From contig MFEQ01000006.1 of the NCBI GenBank assembly GCA_001777665.1, forward strand, positions 128,880-192,879: a DNA stretch of 64,000 bases. Reading direction: 5' to 3'. This document shows positions 1-8,385 of this stretch, piece after piece (position 1 is the stretch's first letter; every line of letters starts with the position of its first letter). The notes under the pieces are model-generated. The model made no database searches and was not told the DNA's origin. It worked only from the letters and a program-made list of their open reading frames with translations. Origin of the DNA: Candidatus Doudnabacteria bacterium RIFCSPHIGHO2_02_FULL_42_25 (GTDB taxonomy: Bacteria; Patescibacteriota; Doudnabacteria; UBA920; O2-02-FULL-48-8). The position numbers and the translations under genes are program-made.

Positions 1-432
1 AAAACACATCCGAGGAACTAAATATTTATCAGCTTGACGCCAGACAGTTTCTGATTGAGGCTCGACTCCCATTTTGCCGTCAAATACTACCACTGCTCCG
101 TCCAATACGCGTAGGGATCGTTCAACTTCAACAGTGAAGTCCACGTGACCTGGAGTATCAATGATGTTGATGCGATGAGTATCTTCTGCTTTTGCTCCAC
201 TCTGGAGAGTCTTAGACCAAAAAGAAGTTGTCGCAGCCGCAGTAATTGTGATTCCGCGTTCACGTTCTTGTTCCATCCAGTCCATGGCAGTGTTACCTTC
301 GTGGACCGCACCAATTTTATGAATTTTTCCTGAGTAATACAAAATCGACTCGGTAGTGGTGGTCTTACCGGCATCGATATGGGCTATGATCCCAATGTTT
401 CTGGTTTTTTCTAAAGAATATTCTCTTGGCAT
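1..432 (-). CDS. fusA: Elongation factor G, N-terminal 144 codons; gene runs off window start
   Basis: Minus-strand ATG at 432 translates [64 protein letters not shown]...[11 protein letters not shown] (G1 AHIDAGKT and G3 DTPGH GTPase motifs). Canonical rpsL-rpsG-fusA order. Missing from the ORF track because it has no stop inside the window. Confidence 0.9.
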   Translation of the reverse strand, partial: MPREYSLEKTRNIGIIAHIDAGKTTTTESILYYSGKIHKIGAVHEGNTAMDWMEQERERGITITAAATTSFWSKTLQSGAKAEDTHRINIIDTPGHVDFTVEVERSLRVLDGAVVVFDGKMGVEPQSETVWRQADKYLVPRMCF

Positions 433-486
433 AAATAGGTCGTATAAGTCTTATAAGTCCTATTGGACCTATTAGACCTATTTTAC

Positions 487-972
487 TTATCGTCTCTGGA
501 ATCGTGCAAAATGAGCAAAGGCTTTGTTAGCTTCTGCCATTTTGTGGACATCTTCTCGTTTCTTTATAGCAGCACCCAATTTGTTGTAGGCTTCCATCAA
601 CTCGGCAGCTAATTTAAAAGCCATGGGTTTGCCTTTTTTATTTCGGGCAGCATCAATAATCCATTTCATACCGAGGGAAGTTTTTCGTGGTTCCTGGACT
701 TCCATCGGGACCTGATAGTTCGCTCCACCAATTCTTCGTCCTTTGACTTCGAGGATCGGTGATACATTTCGGATCGCTTGTTCAAATACTGCTTTCGGAT
801 CAGTCTTCATTTCTTTTTCAATTTGATCAAACGCACCATAAACAAGTTTGGTGGCGACAGTTTTTTTACCGCGCTCCATGATGTAATTTATAAATTTGCC
901 GATTTTAATACTATTGTATTTGTAATCAGCAGCTGCTGGATGTTTTTTATATGACTTAGCTTTACGTGGCAT
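487..972 (-). CDS. rpsG: 30S ribosomal protein S7
   Basis: 161 aa. Motifs GGANYQVPMEV and KKREDVHKMAEANKAFAHF are typical of S7. Sits between rpsL and fusA. Confidence 0.95.
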   Translation of the reverse strand: MPRKAKSYKKHPAAADYKYNSIKIGKFINYIMERGKKTVATKLVYGAFDQIEKEMKTDPKAVFEQAIRNVSPILEVKGRRIGGANYQVPMEVQEPRKTSLGMKWIIDAARNKKGKPMAFKLAAELMEAYNKLGAAIKKREDVHKMAEANKAFAHFARFQRR

Positions 973-974
973 AT

Positions 975-1391
975 TTATTCTCCTCTTTTCGCACCATATT
1001 TACTTCGACCGCGTCGGCGACCTTCAACTCCGCCAGCATCTAATTTGCCGCGGACAATGTGATAACGCACACCCGGCAAATCTTTGACCCTACCGCCACG
1101 AATCATGACCACACTGTGTTCTTGTAAGTTATGTCCGATACCCGGGATGTAGGCTGTGACTTCCATACCATTGGATAGACGGACCCTGGCGATTTTACGC
1201 AACGCAGAGTTTGGTTTTTTCGGAGTCTGTGTCGAAACTTTGATGCAGACACCACGAAGAAATGGGCGACCCTTGGATACATAATAAGGACGGCCTTCCA
1301 ATAGGTTAAATCCACGGTGCAGAGCCGGGGCTTTGAGTTTTGAGGATAATTTAGTTCGTCCTTTACGGACGAGTTGATTGATTGTAGGCAT
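975..1391 (-). CDS. rpsL: 30S ribosomal protein S12
   Basis: 138 aa. [12 protein letters not shown]...[10 protein letters not shown]...[30 protein letters not shown] is a near-universal S12 sequence. Confidence 0.97.
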   Translation of the reverse strand: MPTINQLVRKGRTKLSSKLKAPALHRGFNLLEGRPYYVSKGRPFLRGVCIKVSTQTPKKPNSALRKIARVRLSNGMEVTAYIPGIGHNLQEHSVVMIRGGRVKDLPGVRYHIVRGKLDAGGVEGRRRGRSKYGAKRGE

Positions 1392-1574
1392 AATTTACGG
1401 ATTTACGAATTGTTACGGACATACGGATGGAGGAACAGGCGTCTTTCGTAAAACTTAACAAATTTAAAGCGGTCTTTTGACCGCGTGCAACTCTAACGCA
1501 GTAAATTAAAGATTTTTTAATAAATTAAGTTTACTGGCAAATATTAACAGGAATCCGAGTATATGTCAACCCCG

Positions 1575-2207
1575 TTAAAAACCCAGCCTTACTCCGCTCC
1601 CGACGAAAAATTCCAAGAAATATTTTACTGGCGGAAAAATTAGTAACTGGACTAAACCAGTATACAAAAATAATATTAGGATAAAAAATCCATAACGCTC
1701 AAGTTCTAGGAACGAATGCATCCAGTTATGATTGATATAACCTAAGATACTTGCGAGAACTTTGGAACCATCCAATGGTGGAATTGGAACTAAATTAAAA
1801 AAACATAAAACTAAATTCAAAATTATGGTTTGGAGCAACAAATATTCTCCCATATCCGATAGATTGGGTGTCAGACGGTAAACTACAGCTGCCAGCAATG
1901 CCAATACAAAATTCGTAGCAACACCAGCCAGAGACACCAAAATCATATCTCGACGGACATTGCGAAAGTTCCTGTAATCCACAGGGACAGGTTTGGCTGA
2001 ACCAAAAATTATCGGGGATCCTATAAAAAGTAAAAAGCCAGGAAGTAAAATTGATCCAAATAAATCGATATGCGGGATGGGGTTAAGCGTCAGTCTACCC
2101 GCAAATCGAGCAGTTGGATCCCCCAACCTTTCGGCCATGATTCCATGTGCCACTTCATGAAAGATCACCGAAAACAACAAAATGATGATAAAAATAAGAA
2201 TTTCCAT
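1575..2207 (-). CDS. Site-2 protease family (peptidase M50) membrane metalloprotease
   Basis: 210 aa, polytopic membrane protein. HEVAH zinc motif lies in the first TM; LDG motif downstream. Confidence 0.75.
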   Translation of the reverse strand: MEILIFIIILLFSVIFHEVAHGIMAERLGDPTARFAGRLTLNPIPHIDLFGSILLPGFLLFIGSPIIFGSAKPVPVDYRNFRNVRRDMILVSLAGVATNFVLALLAAVVYRLTPNLSDMGEYLLLQTIILNLVLCFFNLVPIPPLDGSKVLASILGYINHNWMHSFLELERYGFFILILFLYTGLVQLLIFPPVKYFLEFFVGSGVRLGF

Positions 2208-2313
2208 ACAGGGTTGACCCCGTTAGAAGTTAATCAAATTGGCCAACTTCTAACGGGGTTGACCAAATCAGCAGATTATGCTAAACTTTTTTGGTACATT
2301 AATTGTATCACAT

Positions 2314-2496
2314 ATGAGAAAATGTCAGATCTGTGGCAAAGGCTACCTCAATACTTTTACTCGATCTCACTCGATGCGTAAGACTAAAGTTCGACTCTAC
2401 CCGAATCTTCAATGGTTGAAAATCGAACACGGACGGATCAAAGCTTGTACCAAGTGTATCAAGACTCGAAGTAAAAAGATGGCTCTCGCCGTTTAA
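2314..2496 (+). CDS. rpmB: 50S ribosomal protein L28
   Basis: MRKCQICGKG...RSHSMRKTKVRLYPNLQ matches the L28 consensus (C.ICGK...SHS..KTKRRF.PNLQ). Start taken at the internal ATG at 2314 rather than track ORF 2278. Confidence 0.8.
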   Translation: MRKCQICGKGYLNTFTRSHSMRKTKVRLYPNLQWLKIEHGRIKACTKCIKTRSKKMALAV

Positions 2497-2530
2497 AAAT
2501 CCCTGATGGATCAATCAGGGATTTTTATTA
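2496..2530. terminator. Bidirectional rho-independent terminator between convergent rpmB and mscL
   Basis: aaaaatccctgat-ggatca-atcagggattttt is a perfect 13-bp stem, flanked by A-run and T-run. Confidence 0.65.
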
Positions 2531-2911
2531 TTGCAACTGACTCGTACAATGTGGGCAACGGGTCGATTGTTTAGGGATATCAGTGAAACAAAACGGACAC
2601 TCTTTGGTTTTCCCTTCTTCCTTCGATCGAAACCGATTGATTTGCTTGACCAAAATAAATACCGCAAACGCGACCACTAAAAAATTAATAACTGCATTAA
2701 TAAATGATCCGATGCGCAGGACTCCCGGACCTGGCAGGCCGATCGAAATATTTCGAAATTCTACTAAACCAGTAAAAATGTTTAAGACCGGAGTGAATAT
2801 ATCATTGACTATCGAATTCACAACCGTGGTAAATGCAGCACCAATCACAACTCCTACTGCGAGATCAAGTGCGTTACCTCTAATAGCAAACTTTTTAAAT
2901 TCTTGAAACAT
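2528..2911 (-). CDS. mscL: Large-conductance mechanosensitive channel MscL with C-terminal CxxC...CxxC zinc-ribbon extension
   Basis: MFQEFKKFAIRGNALDLAVGVVIGAAFTTVVNSIVNDI is the MscL N-terminus; two TM helices. C-terminal KECPFCFTDIPKQSTRCPHCTSQLQ. Confidence 0.85.
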   Translation of the reverse strand: MFQEFKKFAIRGNALDLAVGVVIGAAFTTVVNSIVNDIFTPVLNIFTGLVEFRNISIGLPGPGVLRIGSFINAVINFLVVAFAVFILVKQINRFRSKEEGKTKECPFCFTDIPKQSTRCPHCTSQLQ

Positions 2912-3023
2912 ATTATTTTATAGCTCCGTTTTTTTATGCTGCTTAATTGATTCTTCGCCGATGGTCATTGATTTATTGTACCACAAACCCTAACCACCCC
3001 GGACTTGATCCGGGGTCCATGAA

Positions 3024-3066
3024 GTGGATCCCGGATCGCCCGTTGTGGCGTCCGGGATGGGGTTAA
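3024..3066. repeat. GC-rich REP-like hairpin repeat (copy 1), 3' of EamA gene
   Basis: gatcccggatcgcccgttgtggcgtccgggatggggttaaac is a near-identical reverse complement of 4908-4950. Internal hairpin cccgga...tccggg. Confidence 0.6.
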
Positions 3067-4001
3067 ACCGTCCGGGCTTCTGCTTCAACCACTTTCTCGC
3101 TGATTTCTGTTTCGTTGACAATCGTGAGACGAGTAATGGCAAATAACAATATCAAACCTCCGACGATTTGCATGCCCGACAATGTCGCACCCAAAAAAAT
3201 CCAGTTCACGAGTACAGCAGCCAGAGGAAAAGCCAATTCACACAAAGTCGCGACAGATGCTTTCGTCGATTTCAAACCATAGTAATAAATAAGCAGTGAT
3301 ACAAATCCAGCTATAATCGCTGTCATGAACACATAAAACCAATCTTTTGATGATGCAGTCGTGATCTGATTTAAAGTACCATAGTAAATGTTCATGAAAA
3401 ACAAAAATATTAGCGCTGATATAAATCTCAAACTCGTCATCATCTGGAAACTAGCTTTGCGCAAAACATAACGTCCAAACACGGTAGATCCACCCCAGAA
3501 AAATGCTGCACCGAGAGCCAAGACAACACCAATCATGTTTGAATCCCAGGTAAATCCTGTTGGCTTCAAATTTGGGAAAGAAATTACGTATGCCCCAAAA
3601 ATTGCGACTATTGCCCACATCCAAAAATTCTTGGACAATCTTTCACCCAAAACAAAAGTTGCTAACCCAATGGCAATCAAGGGCTGCAATTTTTGAAGGA
3701 GAATCGCAACTGTCGGGTTTAGATAATGAAAACTTTGTGTAAATAAAACAGTAGCCAGTGCCGAACCTCCGAAACCGATAAATAATACCGAGACCCATTC
3801 GCGCCCAGATAAATTTTTCAGTTCAGATACTCTCGGGATGAATAGAAATAATACCAAAACTGCAATCAAAATATGCTCCATCAAAACAATTGCAGTCGAA
3901 GACAAATCTGTAGTTAGAAATTTCCGAAACGGAGCATCTATCGCCCAAAGCACTGCGGCCAGAGTCACAAACCAAGGACCCATATTATTTAATTTATTCA
4001 T
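3063..4001 (-). CDS. EamA/DMT-family transporter (10 TM)
   Basis: 312 aa with two EamA-like halves and ~10 hydrophobic helices. Confidence 0.75.
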   Translation of the reverse strand: MNKLNNMGPWFVTLAAVLWAIDAPFRKFLTTDLSSTAIVLMEHILIAVLVLFLFIPRVSELKNLSGREWVSVLFIGFGGSALATVLFTQSFHYLNPTVAILLQKLQPLIAIGLATFVLGERLSKNFWMWAIVAIFGAYVISFPNLKPTGFTWDSNMIGVVLALGAAFFWGGSTVFGRYVLRKASFQMMTSLRFISALIFLFFMNIYYGTLNQITTASSKDWFYVFMTAIIAGFVSLLIYYYGLKSTKASVATLCELAFPLAAVLVNWIFLGATLSGMQIVGGLILLFAITRLTIVNETEISEKVVEAEARTV

Positions 4002-4238
4002 AAAAAATAAAATGCCTTATTTCAGGGCATTGGCAAAAAACACAAGCCTTCTTTCATCCAGACTATACTGTCGCCCCCGGAATTACACCGGATCATGTCC
4101 CGAATCGGGACTCGCGGGGTTTACCGCCGGTGGGGACATTCTCCCCGCCCTGAAGGTTACTTATTGCTTTTATTATATTTAGTAAATAGTAATTAGTAAA
4201 GAGTAATAAGAATTCTAGCTCTTATTACTAATTACTTC

Positions 4239-4589
4239 TTACTTATTACTCTTAAAGAACTCTCGAGCCATCTTTTCGTCTTCTTTCATCTGCTCTATCA
4301 ACTCTTCTTTGGTTTTGAATTTTATACTCGGCCGTGTTTTTTTGATCAGCTCCACTTCTAGCTCTCGATCATATAAGTTGCCTTCAAAGTCCAAAATATA
4401 CACTTCCACTTTCTGCTTTATTTCTCCAAAAGTTTCTGCGGCCCCGACAAAAACCAAAGAGGGTTTAGTATCGGCCAGCCCGAAATACAATCCGTTCTCA
4501 ATTTCGACAGGAATTTTTAAATTCGCTGTCGGAAAACCCATCTCTTTTCCCCGCCCTTTACCTTTTAACACTTTGCCTTTAAATTTCAT
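4239..4589 (-). CDS. Riboflavin kinase (monofunctional, bacterial RibF C-domain type)
   Basis: GKGRGKEMGFPTANL (PTAN motif) and EVYILDFEGNLYDRELEVEL, the riboflavin-kinase core. Overlaps the upstream gene by 11 nt. Confidence 0.85.
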   Translation of the reverse strand: MKFKGKVLKGKGRGKEMGFPTANLKIPVEIENGLYFGLADTKPSLVFVGAAETFGEIKQKVEVYILDFEGNLYDRELEVELIKKTRPSIKFKTKEELIEQMKEDEKMAREFFKSNK

Positions 4590-4896
4590 GGAGCTTTGTT
4601 ACATTAATTACGGGTTCCTCGTATGGATGCGCCGCTCTGACTCTCTCAATTAAATCTTTAAGATATGCCTCACCGACCACTGTTTCAATCCGCTCTTCTT
4701 CAACTTCTTCCAGCTTCCCGACTTCTCCAATTGTAGGGTTTGCTCCAGCTAGCGGTCGAAATCGTCCGACACCGCGCACAGAAAATGAACAAAAATCATA
4801 ATTCCCGATTTTACCACCACCCGCTTCTCCCATGACTTGCCGAATCTTATCAGCTTCCTCCACTGGAACATAAACGATAACTTTGTACTTACTCAT
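4579..4896 (-). CDS. Small PII-like fold protein (NIF3-insert / COG3323-like)
   Basis: 105 aa. MSKYKVIVYVPVEEADKIRQVMGEAGGGKIGNYDFCSFSVRGVGRFRPLAGANPTIGEVGKLEEVEE...AHPYEEPVINV resembles the PII-like insert domain of NIF3/YqfO proteins. Family assignment is from memory only. Confidence 0.5.
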   Translation of the reverse strand: MSKYKVIVYVPVEEADKIRQVMGEAGGGKIGNYDFCSFSVRGVGRFRPLAGANPTIGEVGKLEEVEEERIETVVGEAYLKDLIERVRAAHPYEEPVINVTKLHEI

Positions 4897-4907
4897 TTGT
4901 GCAATTC

Positions 4908-4950
4908 TCCGTTAACCCATCCCGGACACCACGAAGGGTGATCCGGGATC
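4908..4950. repeat. GC-rich REP-like hairpin repeat (copy 2, inverted), between ribL stop and next start
   Basis: Reverse complement reads gatcccggatcacccttcgtggtgtccgggatgggttaac; compare 3024-3066. Confidence 0.6.
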
Positions 4951-4967
4951 TATTACATCAATTAATA

Positions 4968-5381
4968 CTAATTGTTTCTCTTCTTTCTCATTATACTGCT
5001 CTTAAACCTATCTGGTCTAAACGCCTTCAGTCTCACCACTTTAGTCTTTAATCCATTTCTATGCAATTGAACCTTCAAATTTTTTATGTAGTCTCGTTGG
5101 TCGTAGCCTAATGCTATAACGTCTGGCTTTTCTTTTTGAATATGATCCATCGGATTTTTTAATGCTCCCAGTATTACTTTTTTGGCAATTTTCAAATCTT
5201 TCACATGCTTCAATCGTAACTTTTCACTAAAGACCGGACTAAATCCTTTTGTCTTTTTGACATTCACGTCTCGCGCTATTGAAACAATCAAATAATTTCC
5301 AAGCTTCTTCGCTTGTTTCAAAAATGAAATATGACCAGGATGTAATAAATCAAAAACCCCAAACACCATTACCTTTTTCAT
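4968..5381 (-). CDS. ribL: Archaeal-type FMN adenylyltransferase (RibL-like cytidylyltransferase-fold FAD synthetase)
   Basis: MKKVMVFGVFDLLHPGHISFLKQAKKLGNYLIVSIARDVNVKKTKG...ALGYDQ is collinear with M. jannaschii RibL ([41 protein letters not shown]...LGPDQ) as recalled. H.GH nucleotidyltransferase motif. Sits in an operon with the riboflavin kinase. Confidence 0.7.
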   Translation of the reverse strand: MKKVMVFGVFDLLHPGHISFLKQAKKLGNYLIVSIARDVNVKKTKGFSPVFSEKLRLKHVKDLKIAKKVILGALKNPMDHIQKEKPDVIALGYDQRDYIKNLKVQLHRNGLKTKVVRLKAFRPDRFKSSIMRKKRNN

Positions 5382-5455
5382 CTTGACAAGTCTCCAAAAT
5401 CTGTTATAATAGTATCAATCACGATGAGCGGGCACACCTAAGGTTCGTCCGAAGG

Positions 5456-5950
5456 TTACTCCCGCTCTTTTAATTTGCTTAGCTTATTTTCTAAATTTGA
5501 AACAAAAATAAAATATCTTCGAAACCTTCTTAGCAGAGCCGAGAATTTTCTCGAATTTGGTATGAATAATTTTAATAGTTTTTCCTGCTTCTCTAAATAT
5601 TCAATTAAACAGTGGAAATCGCCATCACCAGTAACAATAATTGCCTTATCATAATTAGGGTATTCAATCATAGAGTGAAGAACTAGCTCAGCATCAACAT
5701 TTCCTTTCGTGAATCTTTCACCTTCCTTTTTGTATTCCAAAGTTGGCTTGAAAACTAACACGTATCCAATTTTTTGCAAATAAGTATACAGTGCTTCGTT
5801 CCCAGCAACGTATCCTATAAATAAAAAGGTTTTGCTGACTTTATATTTATCTTTTAAATAAATGAAAAATCTACTGAAATCCAAGGTCCAGCCGCTATCT
5901 TTAATTGCTAAATTTAAATTTTGACTATCAATGAACGCGTAGATTTTCAT
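5456..5950 (-). CDS. NYN/LabA-like PIN-fold domain protein
   Basis: 164 aa. MKIYAFIDSQNL...AIIVTGDGDF pattern of NYN (LabA) domains. Confidence 0.65.
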   Translation of the reverse strand: MKIYAFIDSQNLNLAIKDSGWTLDFSRFFIYLKDKYKVSKTFLFIGYVAGNEALYTYLQKIGYVLVFKPTLEYKKEGERFTKGNVDAELVLHSMIEYPNYDKAIIVTGDGDFHCLIEYLEKQEKLLKLFIPNSRKFSALLRRFRRYFIFVSNLENKLSKLKERE

Positions 5951-6180
5951 ATACTCTTTTTACGCTTTCAAATTCTCGTAAGGATACTATTTCTTTTGCT
6001 TTCCAACGCAAACTCCAACCCATTTTATTTGGCTTACATAAAGCACAGGAATGTTTTTTGATTTTATACCGCTTCCGCATTAATTAACTATAGACAATTA
6101 TCCAACAACAATCAACACTTTTAGAAATTAGGTCCAATTAGCCTGCCCGCCAAAGCTTCAGCGACGACGGGATTAATTAG

Positions 6181-6232
6181 AAATTTTTCTTACTATCCCC
6201 TTATTCGCATCGACTTCGATCAGATCACGTGT
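6181..6232 (-). pseudogene. 3'-terminal stub of a ninth phosphohistidine-swivel paralog
   Basis: Minus strand reads ...DLIEVDANKGIVRKISN*, the conserved C-terminus of the array paralogs. Compare 15150-15200. Homology stops abruptly at the cassette-1 promoter. Confidence 0.6.
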
Positions 6233-6249
6233 TTTAGAAGGGCTTAGTA

Positions 6250-6278
6250 TTGACAAAAGTACGAAAATAAGCTATCAT
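6250..6278 (+). promoter_or_regulatory. sigma70-type promoter of GC-rich cassette 1
   Basis: TTGACA(6250-6255), 17 bp spacer, TATCAT(6273-6278). ~90 nt leader to the ATG at 6371. Confidence 0.6.
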
Positions 6279-6370
6279 ATTTAGTTCATATTGCACATTC
6301 CAAATTTCGGCAACACTGGCAATCATAGCAATTCAGACATTCACACTTTTGCCTGGGAGGGCAAATTAGC

Positions 6371-6850
6371 ATGCTCAAGGCTTACATTGTCACACACGGT
6401 AAACGGTACGATGGTGCCAATCCTCGCATGACACCGGAAGGGTTCGCGAAAGTCGCGAGCCAGCGTTCCAAGCTTCCGGCTACACCCTCTGAAGTCGTCG
6501 TCGGAACGGGCGATCGGCATATCGAGGTTTGCGATGCGGTCGATCTCGAACCGACCCGATACTCGGCTGTCATCGGTGGTGCCGAAGCACTCGACTCCGT
6601 GAAGCACGACGGCGAGGATATGATCGTTCTGCCCGGTGGCAAGATGATTCCCTACCACATGGACACAACCGAGAAGGATTTGGGTCCGTCCATGAGAGCG
6701 CTTGTCCTCGGGCTGAAAGACGACGCGGTCTTGTGCTCGGGTCGTCTCAGTGTGATCGCCCTCGGGCTGACGCTCGAAGAATCGAAATCGGGTGTCGTCT
6801 ATCTCGTCGAGCACGACGGGGTACAGATCTTCACTATCAGTGAAGTCTAG
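6371..6850 (+). CDS. GC-rich histidine-phosphatase (PGAM/SixA-like) family protein, divergent
   Basis: 159 aa. N-terminal YIVTHGKRYDG corresponds to the RHG catalytic-His motif (R replaced by T). Homologous in layout to 9619 and 16454 genes. Strongly GC-rich versus flanks; all other frames also open. Confidence 0.5.
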   Translation: MLKAYIVTHGKRYDGANPRMTPEGFAKVASQRSKLPATPSEVVVGTGDRHIEVCDAVDLEPTRYSAVIGGAEALDSVKHDGEDMIVLPGGKMIPYHMDTTEKDLGPSMRALVLGLKDDAVLCSGRLSVIALGLTLEESKSGVVYLVEHDGVQIFTISEV

Positions 6851-6857
6851 CATGCAG

Positions 6858-6925
6858 AAAGGCGAGTTGGTTCAACCCCCGAGGATTTATATCCTCGACT
6901 GGTTGCCACTCGCCTTTTGCTTTTG
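6858..6925. terminator. Bidirectional terminator after cassette 1 / paralog A
   Basis: aaaggcgagttgg...ccactcgccttttgcttttg with inner hairpin cgaggatttatatcctcg. The 3' tail cgccttttgcttttgtctaaattttt is identical to that at 10311-10336. Confidence 0.55.
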
Positions 6926-6926
6926 T

Positions 6927-8384
6927 CTAAATTTTTTTGACTATTCCCTTGTTTGTATCTAACTCAACTAAATCTCCATCCTTAAAAATCGACGTTGCTA
7001 TTCTTGTTCCTATTATCGAACTGATGCCTAACTCACGGCTTACTATGGCCGCGTGACAAGTCAATCCACCTTCATCTGTCACAACAGCCGCGGCCTTACG
7101 CATTGCTGGCACGAAATCTGGTGAAGTCATTGCCGTCAAAAGAATTTCTCCTTTTTTCATTTTAGATGCTTCTGCAGCGGTTAACATTCTTCTAATCCTA
7201 CCTTTCAGTATAGATTTGCTACCGACGCTCCCCACGATCCCTTTCACTTCATTAGCTTTGCTGATCTTTTCTGTATATTTTGAAAGATGCTGTTTCGCTT
7301 TCTTTCCAATTATAACTTCCAATATTTTTCCATTTTTTGAATTTACAAAAATAACGTTGTTAATCCGTTTTCTGGCCAAATCTTTTAAAATATTCATTTT
7401 CTTTTTCTTTGTTAAAAGATTAATTTCAACCAAATCCAGATATTTTAATTCTTTTAAAGTTAGCTGAGTCTGCTTTGAAATATTTCTCAATAACAAATCT
7501 ACGGCATAGTGAATTCGGAAATGAACACTTTTTCTCTCGTCAGCAGTTGTGATAAGAGTCTGGACAGTATTAATCAATCTTCTATATTTATTTAACTCAT
7601 ATTCATTAATTGTATTTTTTTGTTCTTTGGCTAACTCAAAGTTTTCCAAAAGTATTTTATCAATTTTCGATTTCAACCATTTTTTGTTTTTAACTTCCAA
7701 TGATGTGAGCGTGTCCTCAAAATACTGATTGTCCCAGTATAATGGGCCATCGTAACCAAACGGAATCCATCCAAATTTATCAGATAAATTTCGAGCTAAT
7801 TTTTTCTTATTCTTTCCAGATTTGACGGCAAGAGCTGATTTGTAACGCGCAAGCTCCTCCTGAGTGGTTAAAGAAAGAGTTCTGGGAAGAAATAGTCGAA
7901 CAATTTTTACTCTAGGAATATTCAGTTTTTCCAATTCCAAATATAAATAGTCTTTTAAAGCTTCTGCTCCCACAAACCATGGCAAGGTGTTTATTCGATC
8001 ATATTTAAACCAAAGTTTTTGTAAATAAAACAAAGACTTGATAGATTTCGTTAATGTAAAATTTCCAGTTTTTAATTGTTCAAGAAATGTTAAGACGGCT
8101 TTTTCTAATGCTTGTCCTGTTTTTAACTGGTCCCTATGTATTCGAGAAAAGTAGTTCGGATGATGAATAAAATATCTTAATAAGTGTTGAGCTATTTTAT
8201 TCCACTCCTTTTGTTCATAAATCCAAATCCCCTTACCATCTTCAAAGAATAAGACATCGCAGTTAAATTTAATCCCGTGAATTTTTAGCATCTCGGGATG
8301 ATTTTTAGAAATAGTATTCCAGACCGAGGGGAGATAATCTATATTTCTCGCTCGAGGAATTAAATATCCTTTTTTGGGTAGCAT
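6927..8384 (-). CDS. Swivel-domain paralog A: divergent N-terminal domain + PEP-utilizing-enzyme mobile (phosphohistidine) domain
   Basis: 485 aa. C-terminus GEILLTAMTSPDFVPAMRKAAAVVTDEGGLTCHAAIVSRELGISSIIGTRIATSIFKDGDLVELDTNKGIVKKI matches PF00391 (GG.TSHAAI.ARE.G.P...G). Confidence 0.8.
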   Translation of the reverse strand: MLPKKGYLIPRARNIDYLPSVWNTISKNHPEMLKIHGIKFNCDVLFFEDGKGIWIYEQKEWNKIAQHLLRYFIHHPNYFSRIHRDQLKTGQALEKAVLTFLEQLKTGNFTLTKSIKSLFYLQKLWFKYDRINTLPWFVGAEALKDYLYLELEKLNIPRVKIVRLFLPRTLSLTTQEELARYKSALAVKSGKNKKKLARNLSDKFGWIPFGYDGPLYWDNQYFEDTLTSLEVKNKKWLKSKIDKILLENFELAKEQKNTINEYELNKYRRLINTVQTLITTADERKSVHFRIHYAVDLLLRNISKQTQLTLKELKYLDLVEINLLTKKKKMNILKDLARKRINNVIFVNSKNGKILEVIIGKKAKQHLSKYTEKISKANEVKGIVGSVGSKSILKGRIRRMLTAAEASKMKKGEILLTAMTSPDFVPAMRKAAAVVTDEGGLTCHAAIVSRELGISSIIGTRIATSIFKDGDLVELDTNKGIVKKI

Positions 8385-8385
8385 A

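Noticed and set aside
87-374. Track ORFs 87-374 (-) and 145-333 (+)
   Set aside because: Both are out of frame with the clearly recognisable EF-G N-terminus ([25 protein letters not shown]...) that starts at 432 on the minus strand.
1103-1315. 70-aa minus ORF inside rpsL
   Set aside because: Alternative frame wholly inside the highly conserved S12 gene.
5382-5455. FMN riboswitch upstream of the ribL-RFK operon
   Set aside because: The intergenic space is only ~74 nt and lacks the conserved FMN-aptamer segments; too short.
6341-6853. Multiple long overlapping ORFs in all frames across the GC-rich cassettes (6341-6853, 6382-6642, 6529-6843, 9811-10164, 9906-10127, 16424-16780, 16878-17153)
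   Set aside because: High GC removes stop codons, so every frame is open. Only the frame with the histidine-phosphatase motifs, SD and consensus promoter was kept.
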